Under the pieces are notes generated by a model. The model had not been told where the DNA came from. It ran no database searches and worked only from the letters and a program-made list of their open reading frames with translations. Below, piece after piece: positions 19,555 to 27,537 of a stretch of 53,789 nt of DNA. Numbering within the stretch: the first letter of the stretch is position 1; every line of letters begins with the position of its first letter. Position numbers and translations under genes: made by a program. Origin of the DNA: Verrucomicrobiota bacterium (GTDB taxonomy: Bacteria; Verrucomicrobiota; Verrucomicrobiia; Opitutales; UBA953); contig JBEBDN010000146.1 in the NCBI GenBank assembly GCA_041156945.1, forward strand, positions 1-53,789. Reading direction: 5' to 3'.

Positions 19555-21747
19555 TTAGCGGAGGAAGGCCTCGTGGAGGCCGCCGTCGACGGTGATGACC
19601 TGTCCGGTCGTCTTGCTGAGGCGATTGGTCACGAGGAGGAAGTAGGCTTCGGCCTGGTCGGCGGGCGTGATGGGGTTCTTGGTCAGGGTGCGATCGGCGT
19701 AGAAGCGGGAGAGCTTCGTGGTCAGCGAATCGGTCGCCTCATCATCGGTGTAGGGAATGTTGTACTTCGCAAGCGACGCGATCACTCGGTCGCGCGGGAA
19801 CATCGCCGAACCCTGGACGACGGTGGCCGGGGCCACGCCGTTGACGCGGATCAGGGGCGAAAGCTCCATGGCCATCTCGCGGACGAGGTGATTGGCGGCG
19901 GCCTTCGAGGTGTCGTAGGCGACGGAGCCCTTCTTGGCCACGGCGGCGTTGGCGCTGGTGGTCAGGACGAGGTTGCCGCGCAGGCCCTGCTCCTTCCAGG
20001 TCTTGTAGGCCTCGTCGGCGACGAGGTAGCTGCCGGTCACGTTCAGGGCGAAGGTGAGGGCCCACTTGTCGTCCGGGATGTGGCCGGTGGTGTCGGGCGA
20101 CACGAAGATGCCGGCGGTCACGCAGATGGAGTCGAAGCCGCCGTAGGCGAGGGCGACCTGGTCGAGCATCTGGCGGATCGAGGCGCGGTCCATGATGTCG
20201 CCCGCGAGGCCGATGGCGGGGCCGCAGTTCGAGAGGCCGGTGCCGGCGACGCCGATGCCGGAGCCGAGCTTGTCGGTGATCTCCTTGGCGGTGGCCTGGG
20301 CGGCCTCGACGTTCTTGTCGACGCAGACGATGTGGGCGCCTTCCTTGACGAGTCGATGGGCGGTCTCCTTGCCGATGCCGGAGCCGGCGCCGACGACGAT
20401 GATGACCTGGCGGGCGAGTTCCTTCTCGGCCGGCATGCGCTTCAGCTTGGCCTCCTCGAGGAGCCAATACTCGATGTCGAAGGCCTCCTGCTGGGGGAGG
20501 GCGATGTACTGGTCGATGGCCTCGGCGCCGCGCATGACCTCGACGGCGCAGTTGTAGAACTCGGCGGTGACGCGGGATTCGGACTTATCCTTGCCCCAGG
20601 CGATCATGCCGAGGCCGGGGATGAGGACGACGGTCGGGTTCGGGTCGCGCATCGCCGGGGAGTTCGGGCGCTTGCAGGCGGCGTAGTAGGCGGCGTAGTC
20701 CTTGCGGTACTGTTCGAGGGCGGCGGCCAGCTTGGTCTTCAGGGCGGCGGCGTCCTCGGACTGCGGGTTCCAGTTCACGTAGAGCGGCTTGATCTTCGTG
20801 CGGAGGAAGTGGTCCGGGCAGGAGGTGCCGAGCTCGGCGAGGCGCGGGGCGTCCTTCGAGTTCACGAAGCGCAGGATCTTCTCGTCGTCCTGGATCGTGC
20901 CGATGAAACGCTTCTCCTTGGAGACCTGGCCGCGGAGCCAGGGCAGGATGGCGGCGAAGGTCGCGTGGCGCTTCGCGGTGTCGAGGGTCTGGTAGAGGGC
21001 GCCGCCGAAGGCCGCGGCGTCGCCGCCCTTGGCCTGGTACTTGGCTTCGATGTAGGCGCCGGCCTGCTCGATCATGGCGAGGGTCAGTTCGTAGCAGGCC
21101 TTGTCGTCGTCGGCCCAGGAGATGAAGCCGTGCTGGCCCATCATGATGGCCTTGATGGCGGGCTGCTGGCGGGAGATCTCCTGCATGGCGAGGCCGAGCT
21201 CGAAGCCCGGGCGCATCCACGGCACGTAGGCCATCTTGCCGCCGAAGATCGACTGGGTGAGCGCCTGGCAGTTCCTGGAGGCGGCGATCGAGATGATCGC
21301 GTTCGGGTGCATGTGGTCGACGTGCTTGCCGGGCAGGAAGCTGTGCAGCGGGGTGTCGATCGAGGAGGCGCGCGGGTTGAGGTTGAAGGTGGCGTGGTTG
21401 TACATGCCGACCATGTCGTCCTCGGCCGGCGACTTCAGGCCTTTGTCGGCGCGCGCGGCGTACGACTGCTGGAGGCCGATGAGCTTGTCCTGGTAGAGGG
21501 AGGAGAAGTTGTCGCGGTTGCTCGTGCGGAGGTCCCCGCCGGAACCCTTGACCCAGAGGACGAGGGTATCCTTCCCGGTCAGGGGGTCCTTCTCGACGAT
21601 CTTGGAGGAGGTGTTGCCGCCGCCGGTGTTGGTGATGCGCTGGTCCGCGCCGAGCTTGTTCGAGCGGTAGACGAGGCGGGCGACGGGATCGAGCTTCGCG
21701 GCTTCGGCATCGTTCCAGAGGTGGGAGACGTACTTATAGGAGGACAT
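19555..21747 (-). CDS. Bifunctional rhamnulose-1-phosphate aldolase / short-chain dehydrogenase (RhaEW-type)
   Basis: 730 aa. N-terminal class II aldolase domain (TGGGNTSSK, HVDHMHPNAII). C-terminal SDR with VVGAGSGIGKE (TGxxxGxG) and YDTSKAAANH (YxxxK). Confidence 0.9.
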   Translation of the reverse strand: MSSYKYVSHLWNDAEAAKLDPVARLVYRSNKLGADQRITNTGGGNTSSKIVEKDPLTGKDTLVLWVKGSGGDLRTSNRDNFSSLYQDKLIGLQQSYAARADKGLKSPAEDDMVGMYNHATFNLNPRASSIDTPLHSFLPGKHVDHMHPNAIISIAASRNCQALTQSIFGGKMAYVPWMRPGFELGLAMQEISRQQPAIKAIMMGQHGFISWADDDKACYELTLAMIEQAGAYIEAKYQAKGGDAAAFGGALYQTLDTAKRHATFAAILPWLRGQVSKEKRFIGTIQDDEKILRFVNSKDAPRLAELGTSCPDHFLRTKIKPLYVNWNPQSEDAAALKTKLAAALEQYRKDYAAYYAACKRPNSPAMRDPNPTVVLIPGLGMIAWGKDKSESRVTAEFYNCAVEVMRGAEAIDQYIALPQQEAFDIEYWLLEEAKLKRMPAEKELARQVIIVVGAGSGIGKETAHRLVKEGAHIVCVDKNVEAAQATAKEITDKLGSGIGVAGTGLSNCGPAIGLAGDIMDRASIRQMLDQVALAYGGFDSICVTAGIFVSPDTTGHIPDDKWALTFALNVTGSYLVADEAYKTWKEQGLRGNLVLTTSANAAVAKKGSVAYDTSKAAANHLVREMAMELSPLIRVNGVAPATVVQGSAMFPRDRVIASLAKYNIPYTDDEATDSLTTKLSRFYADRTLTKNPITPADQAEAYFLLVTNRLSKTTGQVITVDGGLHEAFLR

Positions 21748-21796
21748 GGTGCGTTTCTGTTGGAAAGGTTGGGGGAGGGTGGAGGGTTAGAGGGTT

Positions 21797-23266
21797 TTAC
21801 GATTTCTTTAAACCATTAAACTTGGCTTGGGCGGTCGCCCAAGCGGGGGAGGTGTTGGGCTTGTAAGTCACTACCTCAAAGGAGTTTCGGACGACCGTAC
21901 GCAGGGCGGCGAGGTTTTTCAGTTCCTTCATGGCGATGGCTTGGACCAAGATGTTGCCCGCGGCGGTGGCTTCGACCGGGCCGGCGATGACCGTCCGGCC
22001 GGTGGCGTCAGCCGTCGCCTGGTTGAGCAAGGCGTTGCGGCAACCGCCCCCGACGATGTGGAGGCGCTTCAGCTTGCGGCCGGTGAGCTTCTCCATGCCG
22101 TCCATCTCGACGCGGTAGAGCAACGCGAGCGACTCGAGCACGCACCGGGCGATCTGACCGTGGGTCTTCGGGACCGGCTGCTTGGTCTCGCGGCAGTAGG
22201 CCTGGACCTTGGCCACCATGTCGCCGCGCTTGGCGAAGCGGACGTCGTCGGGACGGATGAACGAGCGGAGCGACGGAGCCTGGAGCGCGAGCTTCACGAT
22301 CTCGCCGTAATCGGAGACCTCGCCCTTCTCCATCCACTCGCGCCGGCATTCCTGGAGCACCCAGAGGCCGACGAGGTTCTTGAGGAAGCGGGAGGTGCCG
22401 CCGAAGCCGACCTCGTTCGTGTACTTGGCCTTGCGGACGGCCTCGTTGACGAGCGGCTTGGGCAGCTCGACGCCGAGCAGGGACCACGTGCCGGAGGAAA
22501 GGTAGGCCCAATCGTCGCCCGGGTTGGCGGGGACGGCGGCGACGGCCGCGGCGGTGTCGTGCGCGCAGGTCGTGACGACTTCGGCCTGGCCCAGGCCGGT
22601 CTCCTTGGCCAAGTACGGCAGCATCTTGCCCAGTTTCACGCCCGGGGCGACCGGCTTGGGGAACAGGTGCTTCGGGATGCCGAGCTTCTTCAGCACCGGC
22701 CAAGCCCAATCGCGCTTGCGCGTATCCCAACATTGGCTGCCCGAGATGAGGGTCTCCTCGGCGCGGGCCTTGCCGGTCAGGAGCCAGGTGATGTAGTCGC
22801 CGATGAGCAGGAACTTGTCGGCGAACTTGAGCATCTCCGGACGGTGCTCGGCGTCGTCGAAAAGCTGGTAGAGGGTGTTGATCGAGATGGAGGCGATGCC
22901 GGTGCCTTCGAAGATCTCCTGCTGGGAGAAGCGGCGCATGGCCAGTTCGTAGGCCTTGAAGCTGCGTTCGTCGCGGTAGGTGAACGGGAGGGAAAGCAAC
23001 GGACCGTCGCCCTTGAGGAGGACGTAGTCGACGCCCCAGGAGTCGCAGGCCACCGACTTGACCGGGCCGAGCTTGGCGCCCTTGGCGAGGCCGATGCGGA
23101 TCTCGCGGAAGATGCGGATGATGTCCCAGCGCAAGGTGCCGTTGGCGGTGATGGCGCCGTTGGCGAAGCGATGCACCTCCTTCATGGTGAACTTGCCGGC
23201 TTTGAGCTGGCCGAGGATGACGCGGCCTGATTCGGCGCCGAGGTCGATGGCGAGGTAGTTGGACAT
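21797..23266 (-). CDS. rhaB: Rhamnulokinase (FGGY carbohydrate kinase)
   Basis: 489 aa. AIDLGAESGRVILG start. FGGY N- and C-domain pattern (HIVGGGCRNALLNQ). Context next to the rhamnulose-1-P aldolase gene. Confidence 0.85.
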   Translation of the reverse strand: MSNYLAIDLGAESGRVILGQLKAGKFTMKEVHRFANGAITANGTLRWDIIRIFREIRIGLAKGAKLGPVKSVACDSWGVDYVLLKGDGPLLSLPFTYRDERSFKAYELAMRRFSQQEIFEGTGIASISINTLYQLFDDAEHRPEMLKFADKFLLIGDYITWLLTGKARAEETLISGSQCWDTRKRDWAWPVLKKLGIPKHLFPKPVAPGVKLGKMLPYLAKETGLGQAEVVTTCAHDTAAAVAAVPANPGDDWAYLSSGTWSLLGVELPKPLVNEAVRKAKYTNEVGFGGTSRFLKNLVGLWVLQECRREWMEKGEVSDYGEIVKLALQAPSLRSFIRPDDVRFAKRGDMVAKVQAYCRETKQPVPKTHGQIARCVLESLALLYRVEMDGMEKLTGRKLKRLHIVGGGCRNALLNQATADATGRTVIAGPVEATAAGNILVQAIAMKELKNLAALRTVVRNSFEVVTYKPNTSPAWATAQAKFNGLKKS

Positions 23267-23291
23267 GGTCGGGAAAGGGTGGGGCGGGGCT

Positions 23292-24047
23292 TCAGAGGCC
23301 GAGCACCTTCTGGCGGTAATGCTCGTCGGGTCGGCCCGCGATGCGCTCGCATTGGGCCGGCGTCAGGCACGCCGGACCGCCGAGCGCGGCGGCCCCGACG
23401 AAGATCTCGGCGGCCTTCTCGGCCATGAGCAGGGTGCCGAGCACGGCCTTGGGGCTGGGGCCGACGGCGATGATGCCGTGGTTCTGGAGGAGGATCACCT
23501 TCGGGTCGCGGCCGGTCCGGCGGATGAAGGCGGCGACCTCGCGGCGGATGCCCTGGGAAAGGGCCAAGCCCGGTTCGCAATAGGGCACGAAGACGGATTC
23601 GACGCCGCACATCACCACTTCGTCGGGACAGGTGCGGGCGGTCGCGAAATCTCGCGCGCGGGTCGAGCACAGGATCTGGTTCACCGCGATGGCGTGGACG
23701 TGGCCCACGCAGGCGACGCCGGGCAGGGTGAGCAGGTAGGCGTGGAAGAGCGCTTCGATCGACGGCTTGCGGGCCGCTTCGTCGACGCGGGCGGCGAACA
23801 GCGCCTGATCGACCTCCTGGTCGTTCGCCGAGGGCGCGTCCAGCAGCGGCAACAGGCGGTCGAAGCGGCAGACCGTGAGTTCGGCGGGCCGGAGGGTCGC
23901 GAGGTTGGAGCCCGAGGCCTTCACGGTGAAGGTCTCCGCGTCCAGGCGGAGCGATGTATTGCCTTCGCCCAGGATCGACATGCGGAGGCGCTCACCCCCC
24001 AGCGCGTGGGAGAGGTCGAGCAACGATTGGACGGCGTCCGTGGGCAT
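23292..24047 (-). CDS. Class II aldolase/adducin-family protein (stand-alone paralog of the RhaE-type domain)
   Basis: 251 aa. EGNTSLRL and VGHVHAIAVNQI blocks parallel GGGNTSSK and HVDHMHPNAII of the neighbouring bifunctional enzyme. Confidence 0.8.
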   Translation of the reverse strand: MPTDAVQSLLDLSHALGGERLRMSILGEGNTSLRLDAETFTVKASGSNLATLRPAELTVCRFDRLLPLLDAPSANDQEVDQALFAARVDEAARKPSIEALFHAYLLTLPGVACVGHVHAIAVNQILCSTRARDFATARTCPDEVVMCGVESVFVPYCEPGLALSQGIRREVAAFIRRTGRDPKVILLQNHGIIAVGPSPKAVLGTLLMAEKAAEIFVGAAALGGPACLTPAQCERIAGRPDEHYRQKVLGL

Positions 24048-24069
24048 GGACTCGGTAGGCCCGGCCGGT

Positions 24070-24846
24070 TCAGGCGGTCAGCACGTGGTCGGCCGCCATC
24101 TTGACCTTGGCCTTGGCGACGTCGGCGGCGGGCGCGTCGGTCACGAGGAACAGGGCGCTCACGTCGCGCGTCACGGCGCAGGGGCCGCCGCGGCCGAGCT
24201 TGATCTTGTTCATGCAGATGAGGACTTCGTCGCTGCGGCGGATGACTTCGCGCTGCTGATGGGAGATGTCGCGCTGGGAGTTCCAGAGGCCGTTCTCGTC
24301 GATGCCTTCGGCGCCGAGCAGGGCGACGTCGAAGTTCCAGCGGGCGACTTCCTCGAGAGTCCGGTCGCCGGCGACCATCGCGTGGCGGGTGAGGAACAGT
24401 CCGCCCGGGATGTAGACTTCGACGCCAGGGAGGCAGGAGATGAGCTGGGCCGTGGGCAGGCAGGTCGTCACGATCTGCAGGTCGGCGACGCCGGCGGAGG
24501 CGATGGCCTCGGCGGCGAAGAAGATGGTCGAACCGGAGTCGAGGTAGACGGTCATGCCGGGCTTCACGCGGGATGCGGCCAAGTTGCCGATCTTGCGCTT
24601 GGCCTCGGCGTCCTCGACCTTGCGGTCGTCGAGCGGCGGGAAGTTGCGGTTGAAGTCCGAGAGCGCGCCTCCGTGGGTGCGCGTGATGCGCCGCTGGCTC
24701 TCGAGCTCCGTGAGGTCCCGCCGGGCGGTGGCTTCGGAGACGTTGAACTGCTTGCAGATCTCCAGGACCGGGACGTAGCCGACCTTGCTCAGGAGTTTCG
24801 CGATGGCTTCGCGACGTGCTTCGATGATGTGACGGGCGACTTTCAT
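24070..24846 (-). CDS. DeoR-family transcriptional regulator (likely regulator of the rhamnose operon)
   Basis: 258 aa. N-terminal HTH (ICKQFNVSEATARRDLTELE) plus a DeoR C-terminal sugar-phosphate sensor domain. First gene of the operon. Confidence 0.9.
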   Translation of the reverse strand: MKVARHIIEARREAIAKLLSKVGYVPVLEICKQFNVSEATARRDLTELESQRRITRTHGGALSDFNRNFPPLDDRKVEDAEAKRKIGNLAASRVKPGMTVYLDSGSTIFFAAEAIASAGVADLQIVTTCLPTAQLISCLPGVEVYIPGGLFLTRHAMVAGDRTLEEVARWNFDVALLGAEGIDENGLWNSQRDISHQQREVIRRSDEVLICMNKIKLGRGGPCAVTRDVSALFLVTDAPAADVAKAKVKMAADHVLTA

Positions 24847-25030
24847 AAAGGGAGGGTTTTAATGACTGTTGGCGGTCAAGCGAGCATTAATCGGTTGTTT
24901 AGCCCGAGTTGAAGGTATTTGAATTTCGCACAATATACATTATGTCTAGTTACATATAGTTAAAATTTTACGGGGATTAAGTGGGTGTTAATCGTATTAA
25001 CTTGGGGTCGCCCAAGGGGCGAATTAGACG
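24847..25030. promoter_or_regulatory. AT-rich divergent intergenic region (candidate promoters/operators for the DeoR-led operon and the amidase gene)
   Basis: 184 bp, far below the local G+C. TTAATCG occurs at 24887..24893 and 24988..24994. Palindrome GTTAAT-CGT-ATTAAC at 24987..25001. Hairpin CTTGGG-GTCG-CCCAAG at 25001..25016. TTGAAG/TTGAAT -35-like hexamers at 24909 and 24919. Confidence 0.4.
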
Positions 25031-25963
25031 ATGCCCTGCATCGTCATGACGCTGACCAAACGACTCTCCTGGGATGGTTTCCTGCTGTTGGCGCTGCTGC
25101 CGTTTTTTTTCACGGGCTGCGCTTCGGCCCCATCCGGCGTCCCGACCAAGCTTCCGATCGCGATGCATGCACCGGCGGGTTTGCGCATCGAGCAAGGAGC
25201 CGACTCGCTGGGGTCGGAGGCCCGCAAGGTCCCCGTGCAGGCCCTGGTGCTCCACCACACCGGGGGCAATCTGGCGGGATCCTACGAAGTCCTGCAGGGA
25301 CGCAAAGCGAGCCACCGCGTGGGCATCCACTACCTGGTCACCGATGAAGCCCCGCCCCGGGTCATCGCCATGGTCCCGGAGGACAAGGTCGCCTACCATG
25401 CCGGCAAGAGTGGCTGGCGACAATTCGATGGGCTCAACCAACCTTCGATCGGCATCGAGATCATCAACCTCGATGGCAACATCCACCGTTATCCCGCCGC
25501 GCAGCAGGAATTGGTCGCCAAACTTTGCGCCGATATCCTCCGGCGCCACCCGTCCATCAAGCCGACCGAAGTGTTGGCCCATTCGGACATCGCCATCGGT
25601 CGGAAGATCGATCCGGGGCTGTTGTTCCCGTGGGCGGATTTCGCGGCCCGCGGCATCGGCGCCTGGCCGCTGCCGGCCGATGTGGACGCCTTCCTGAAGT
25701 CGGCTCCGAAGGCCGAGCCCGCCGAACTGCGGCGTCTGCTCCAGACCTATGGCTACGCCGTCGAGCCCGGCGAGGCCGGCCTCAAGCTGGCGGTCGAAGC
25801 CTTCCAACGCCACTTCCGCGCCAAGAAGGTCGATGGCGTCGCCGATGGCGAAACGGTCGCCACGCTCCGCGCCCTGGTGAAGCGTTACCGGACCGGCGCG
25901 ACGGCGCCCTCCCCCGCCCCGGTGGCCCCGGCGCCCGCCAAGACCCGCAAGGTCAAACCTTGA
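25031..25963 (+). CDS. N-acetylmuramoyl-L-alanine amidase (Amidase_2) with C-terminal peptidoglycan-binding domain; lipoprotein
   Basis: 310 aa. Lipobox FFFTGCAS. Amidase_2 blocks (LVLHHTGG, GIHYLVTDE, AYHAGKS, SIGIEIINLDG, AHSDIA). PG_binding_1-like C-terminus (LKLAVEAFQRHF...DGVADGETVATL). Confidence 0.85.
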   Translation: MPCIVMTLTKRLSWDGFLLLALLPFFFTGCASAPSGVPTKLPIAMHAPAGLRIEQGADSLGSEARKVPVQALVLHHTGGNLAGSYEVLQGRKASHRVGIHYLVTDEAPPRVIAMVPEDKVAYHAGKSGWRQFDGLNQPSIGIEIINLDGNIHRYPAAQQELVAKLCADILRRHPSIKPTEVLAHSDIAIGRKIDPGLLFPWADFAARGIGAWPLPADVDAFLKSAPKAEPAELRRLLQTYGYAVEPGEAGLKLAVEAFQRHFRAKKVDGVADGETVATLRALVKRYRTGATAPSPAPVAPAPAKTRKVKP

Positions 25964-27533
25964 GCTGGTAGCCCGTGGGCCGCAGCAGCTTGTTCGCGAA
26001 GCCGCGCAAGAGGTCGCGTTCGGGGTAGCGCAAGCGGTCGAGGTACAGGGCGTAAGCGACCATGGCGAGGCCGCCACCGACCAGCATCGACAGGCCGAGG
26101 TTGAGCTTCTCCGGGAGCTGTCCGTGGCCGAGCATACGCAGCCAGGCGGTCGTCTGGTAGGCGATGATGCCGAGCAGCAGCGACCCGAAGAGCACCTGCA
26201 GGGCCGGCTTGACCATCGGCTCATCGAGGAATTCCGGGGCGAGCCGCTTGAGGTAGTGGCGGAGCACCAGGTACTGCCAGACGGTCGAGACGGCGTTGGC
26301 GACCGCCAGCCCCTCCACGCCGTAGCCGAGGAACATCGCCGCCAGGGAGCCCGCGAAATTGACGGCGAGCGCGTGCAGGGCCGCGACCAGCGTGACGCGC
26401 GTCTGGCCCGCCACGTTGAGGGCGCGCGTGGCCAGCGAGATCAGCGCGTAGAAAGGCATCGCGAAGGCGAAGAGCACGAGCAGGCGGCCGGTGGCGACGC
26501 AGTGCTCCGGGGTGAACTTGCCGAACTCGAAGAGGAGCCGGACGATCGGCTCCGCGAGGACGGCGAGGCCGAAGGCGGCCCCCACGTTGACGGCCAGGAT
26601 CAACCGGAGGCCGCGCGCGTAGTTCCGCGACAGCGCCGGCCGGTCGCCCTGGGCGAAGGCCATCGCGAGCGCCGGGAACATCACCACGGCGATCGAGGCG
26701 CTGAAGAGGCCGATGGGCAGCTCGACGATCCGGTTGGCGATGTAGTAATAGGTCAGGCCGGCGTCGCTGACCTTGAAGGCCAGTCCGCGCGAGACCAGGA
26801 AGTTGACCTGCTGGATGCCGGCCCCGAGGGCGGCCGGGAGGAAGGCCACGCTCAGCGTCCGCCAGGCCACGGGGTCGACGTGCACGGGACCGGGGCGCCA
26901 ACCGGCCCGGCGCAGCCCCTGCAGCGGGATCCACAGTTGGAGCGCGCCGCCCGCGAGCGCGCCCGCGCAGAGCCAGCCCGCCTTGCCCATCTCGGTGTCG
27001 GCGAGGAGACCGAACAGGCCGAGGCCGACGATCATGCAGACGTTCAGCAGGCCCGAGGCGAGCTCCGCCAGCCCGAAGCGGCCGGTCAGGTTGACGGCCG
27101 AGGTGAAGAGCGCCGCCACGCAGATCAGCGGCATGTAGGGCATGCACGCGGCCGTGAGGATCGCGACGTTGGCGTCGGCCGGCCGGAGGCAGGCCCACAG
27201 CAAGGCTCCGCCGATGGCCAGCAAGGTCAGCCCGATCATCCCGGGGAGGATGCGTCGCAGCGCGTAGTTCAGGAAGCCGAAGGCCGCCGCCTGGCCGTCG
27301 CGGGCGGTCTTGTCGGCGAGCACCGGCACGATGGCCGCCGTCAGGGCGCCCTCGCCGAGGAGCCGGCGGAAGAGGTTCGGGATCTGGAAGGCGAAGAGGA
27401 AGGCGGCGCCGACGGCCGAGGCGCCGAAGACGCCGGCGGTGAGCTGGTCGCGCACCAGCCCGAGCACGCGCGAGACCATGGTCCAGGACGCGGTCTTCGC
27501 CATGTCCCGGTACTGGCGCGCCTGCTCGGACAT
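25953..27533 (-). CDS. murJ: Lipid II flippase MurJ (MviN)
   Basis: Track ORF trimmed to the ATG at 27533 (MSEQARQ...), 5 nt after the hisS stop. Polytopic protein with typical MurJ N-terminal blocks (SRVLGLVRD, FGAS, AFLFAFQIPNLFRRLLGEGALTAA). Confidence 0.9.
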   Translation of the reverse strand: MSEQARQYRDMAKTASWTMVSRVLGLVRDQLTAGVFGASAVGAAFLFAFQIPNLFRRLLGEGALTAAIVPVLADKTARDGQAAAFGFLNYALRRILPGMIGLTLLAIGGALLWACLRPADANVAILTAACMPYMPLICVAALFTSAVNLTGRFGLAELASGLLNVCMIVGLGLFGLLADTEMGKAGWLCAGALAGGALQLWIPLQGLRRAGWRPGPVHVDPVAWRTLSVAFLPAALGAGIQQVNFLVSRGLAFKVSDAGLTYYYIANRIVELPIGLFSASIAVVMFPALAMAFAQGDRPALSRNYARGLRLILAVNVGAAFGLAVLAEPIVRLLFEFGKFTPEHCVATGRLLVLFAFAMPFYALISLATRALNVAGQTRVTLVAALHALAVNFAGSLAAMFLGYGVEGLAVANAVSTVWQYLVLRHYLKRLAPEFLDEPMVKPALQVLFGSLLLGIIAYQTTAWLRMLGHGQLPEKLNLGLSMLVGGGLAMVAYALYLDRLRYPERDLLRGFANKLLRPTGYQLKV

Positions 27534-27537
27534 CGGG

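Noticed and set aside
19543-21819. 758-aa + strand ORF opposite the bifunctional aldolase/SDR gene. Similar antisense giants lie at 8732..10627, 26124..27956, 35870..38647 and 41526..43586.
   Set aside because: All are G/A/D/R/V-rich shadows mirroring well-supported genes on the other strand. None has a recognisable domain signature.
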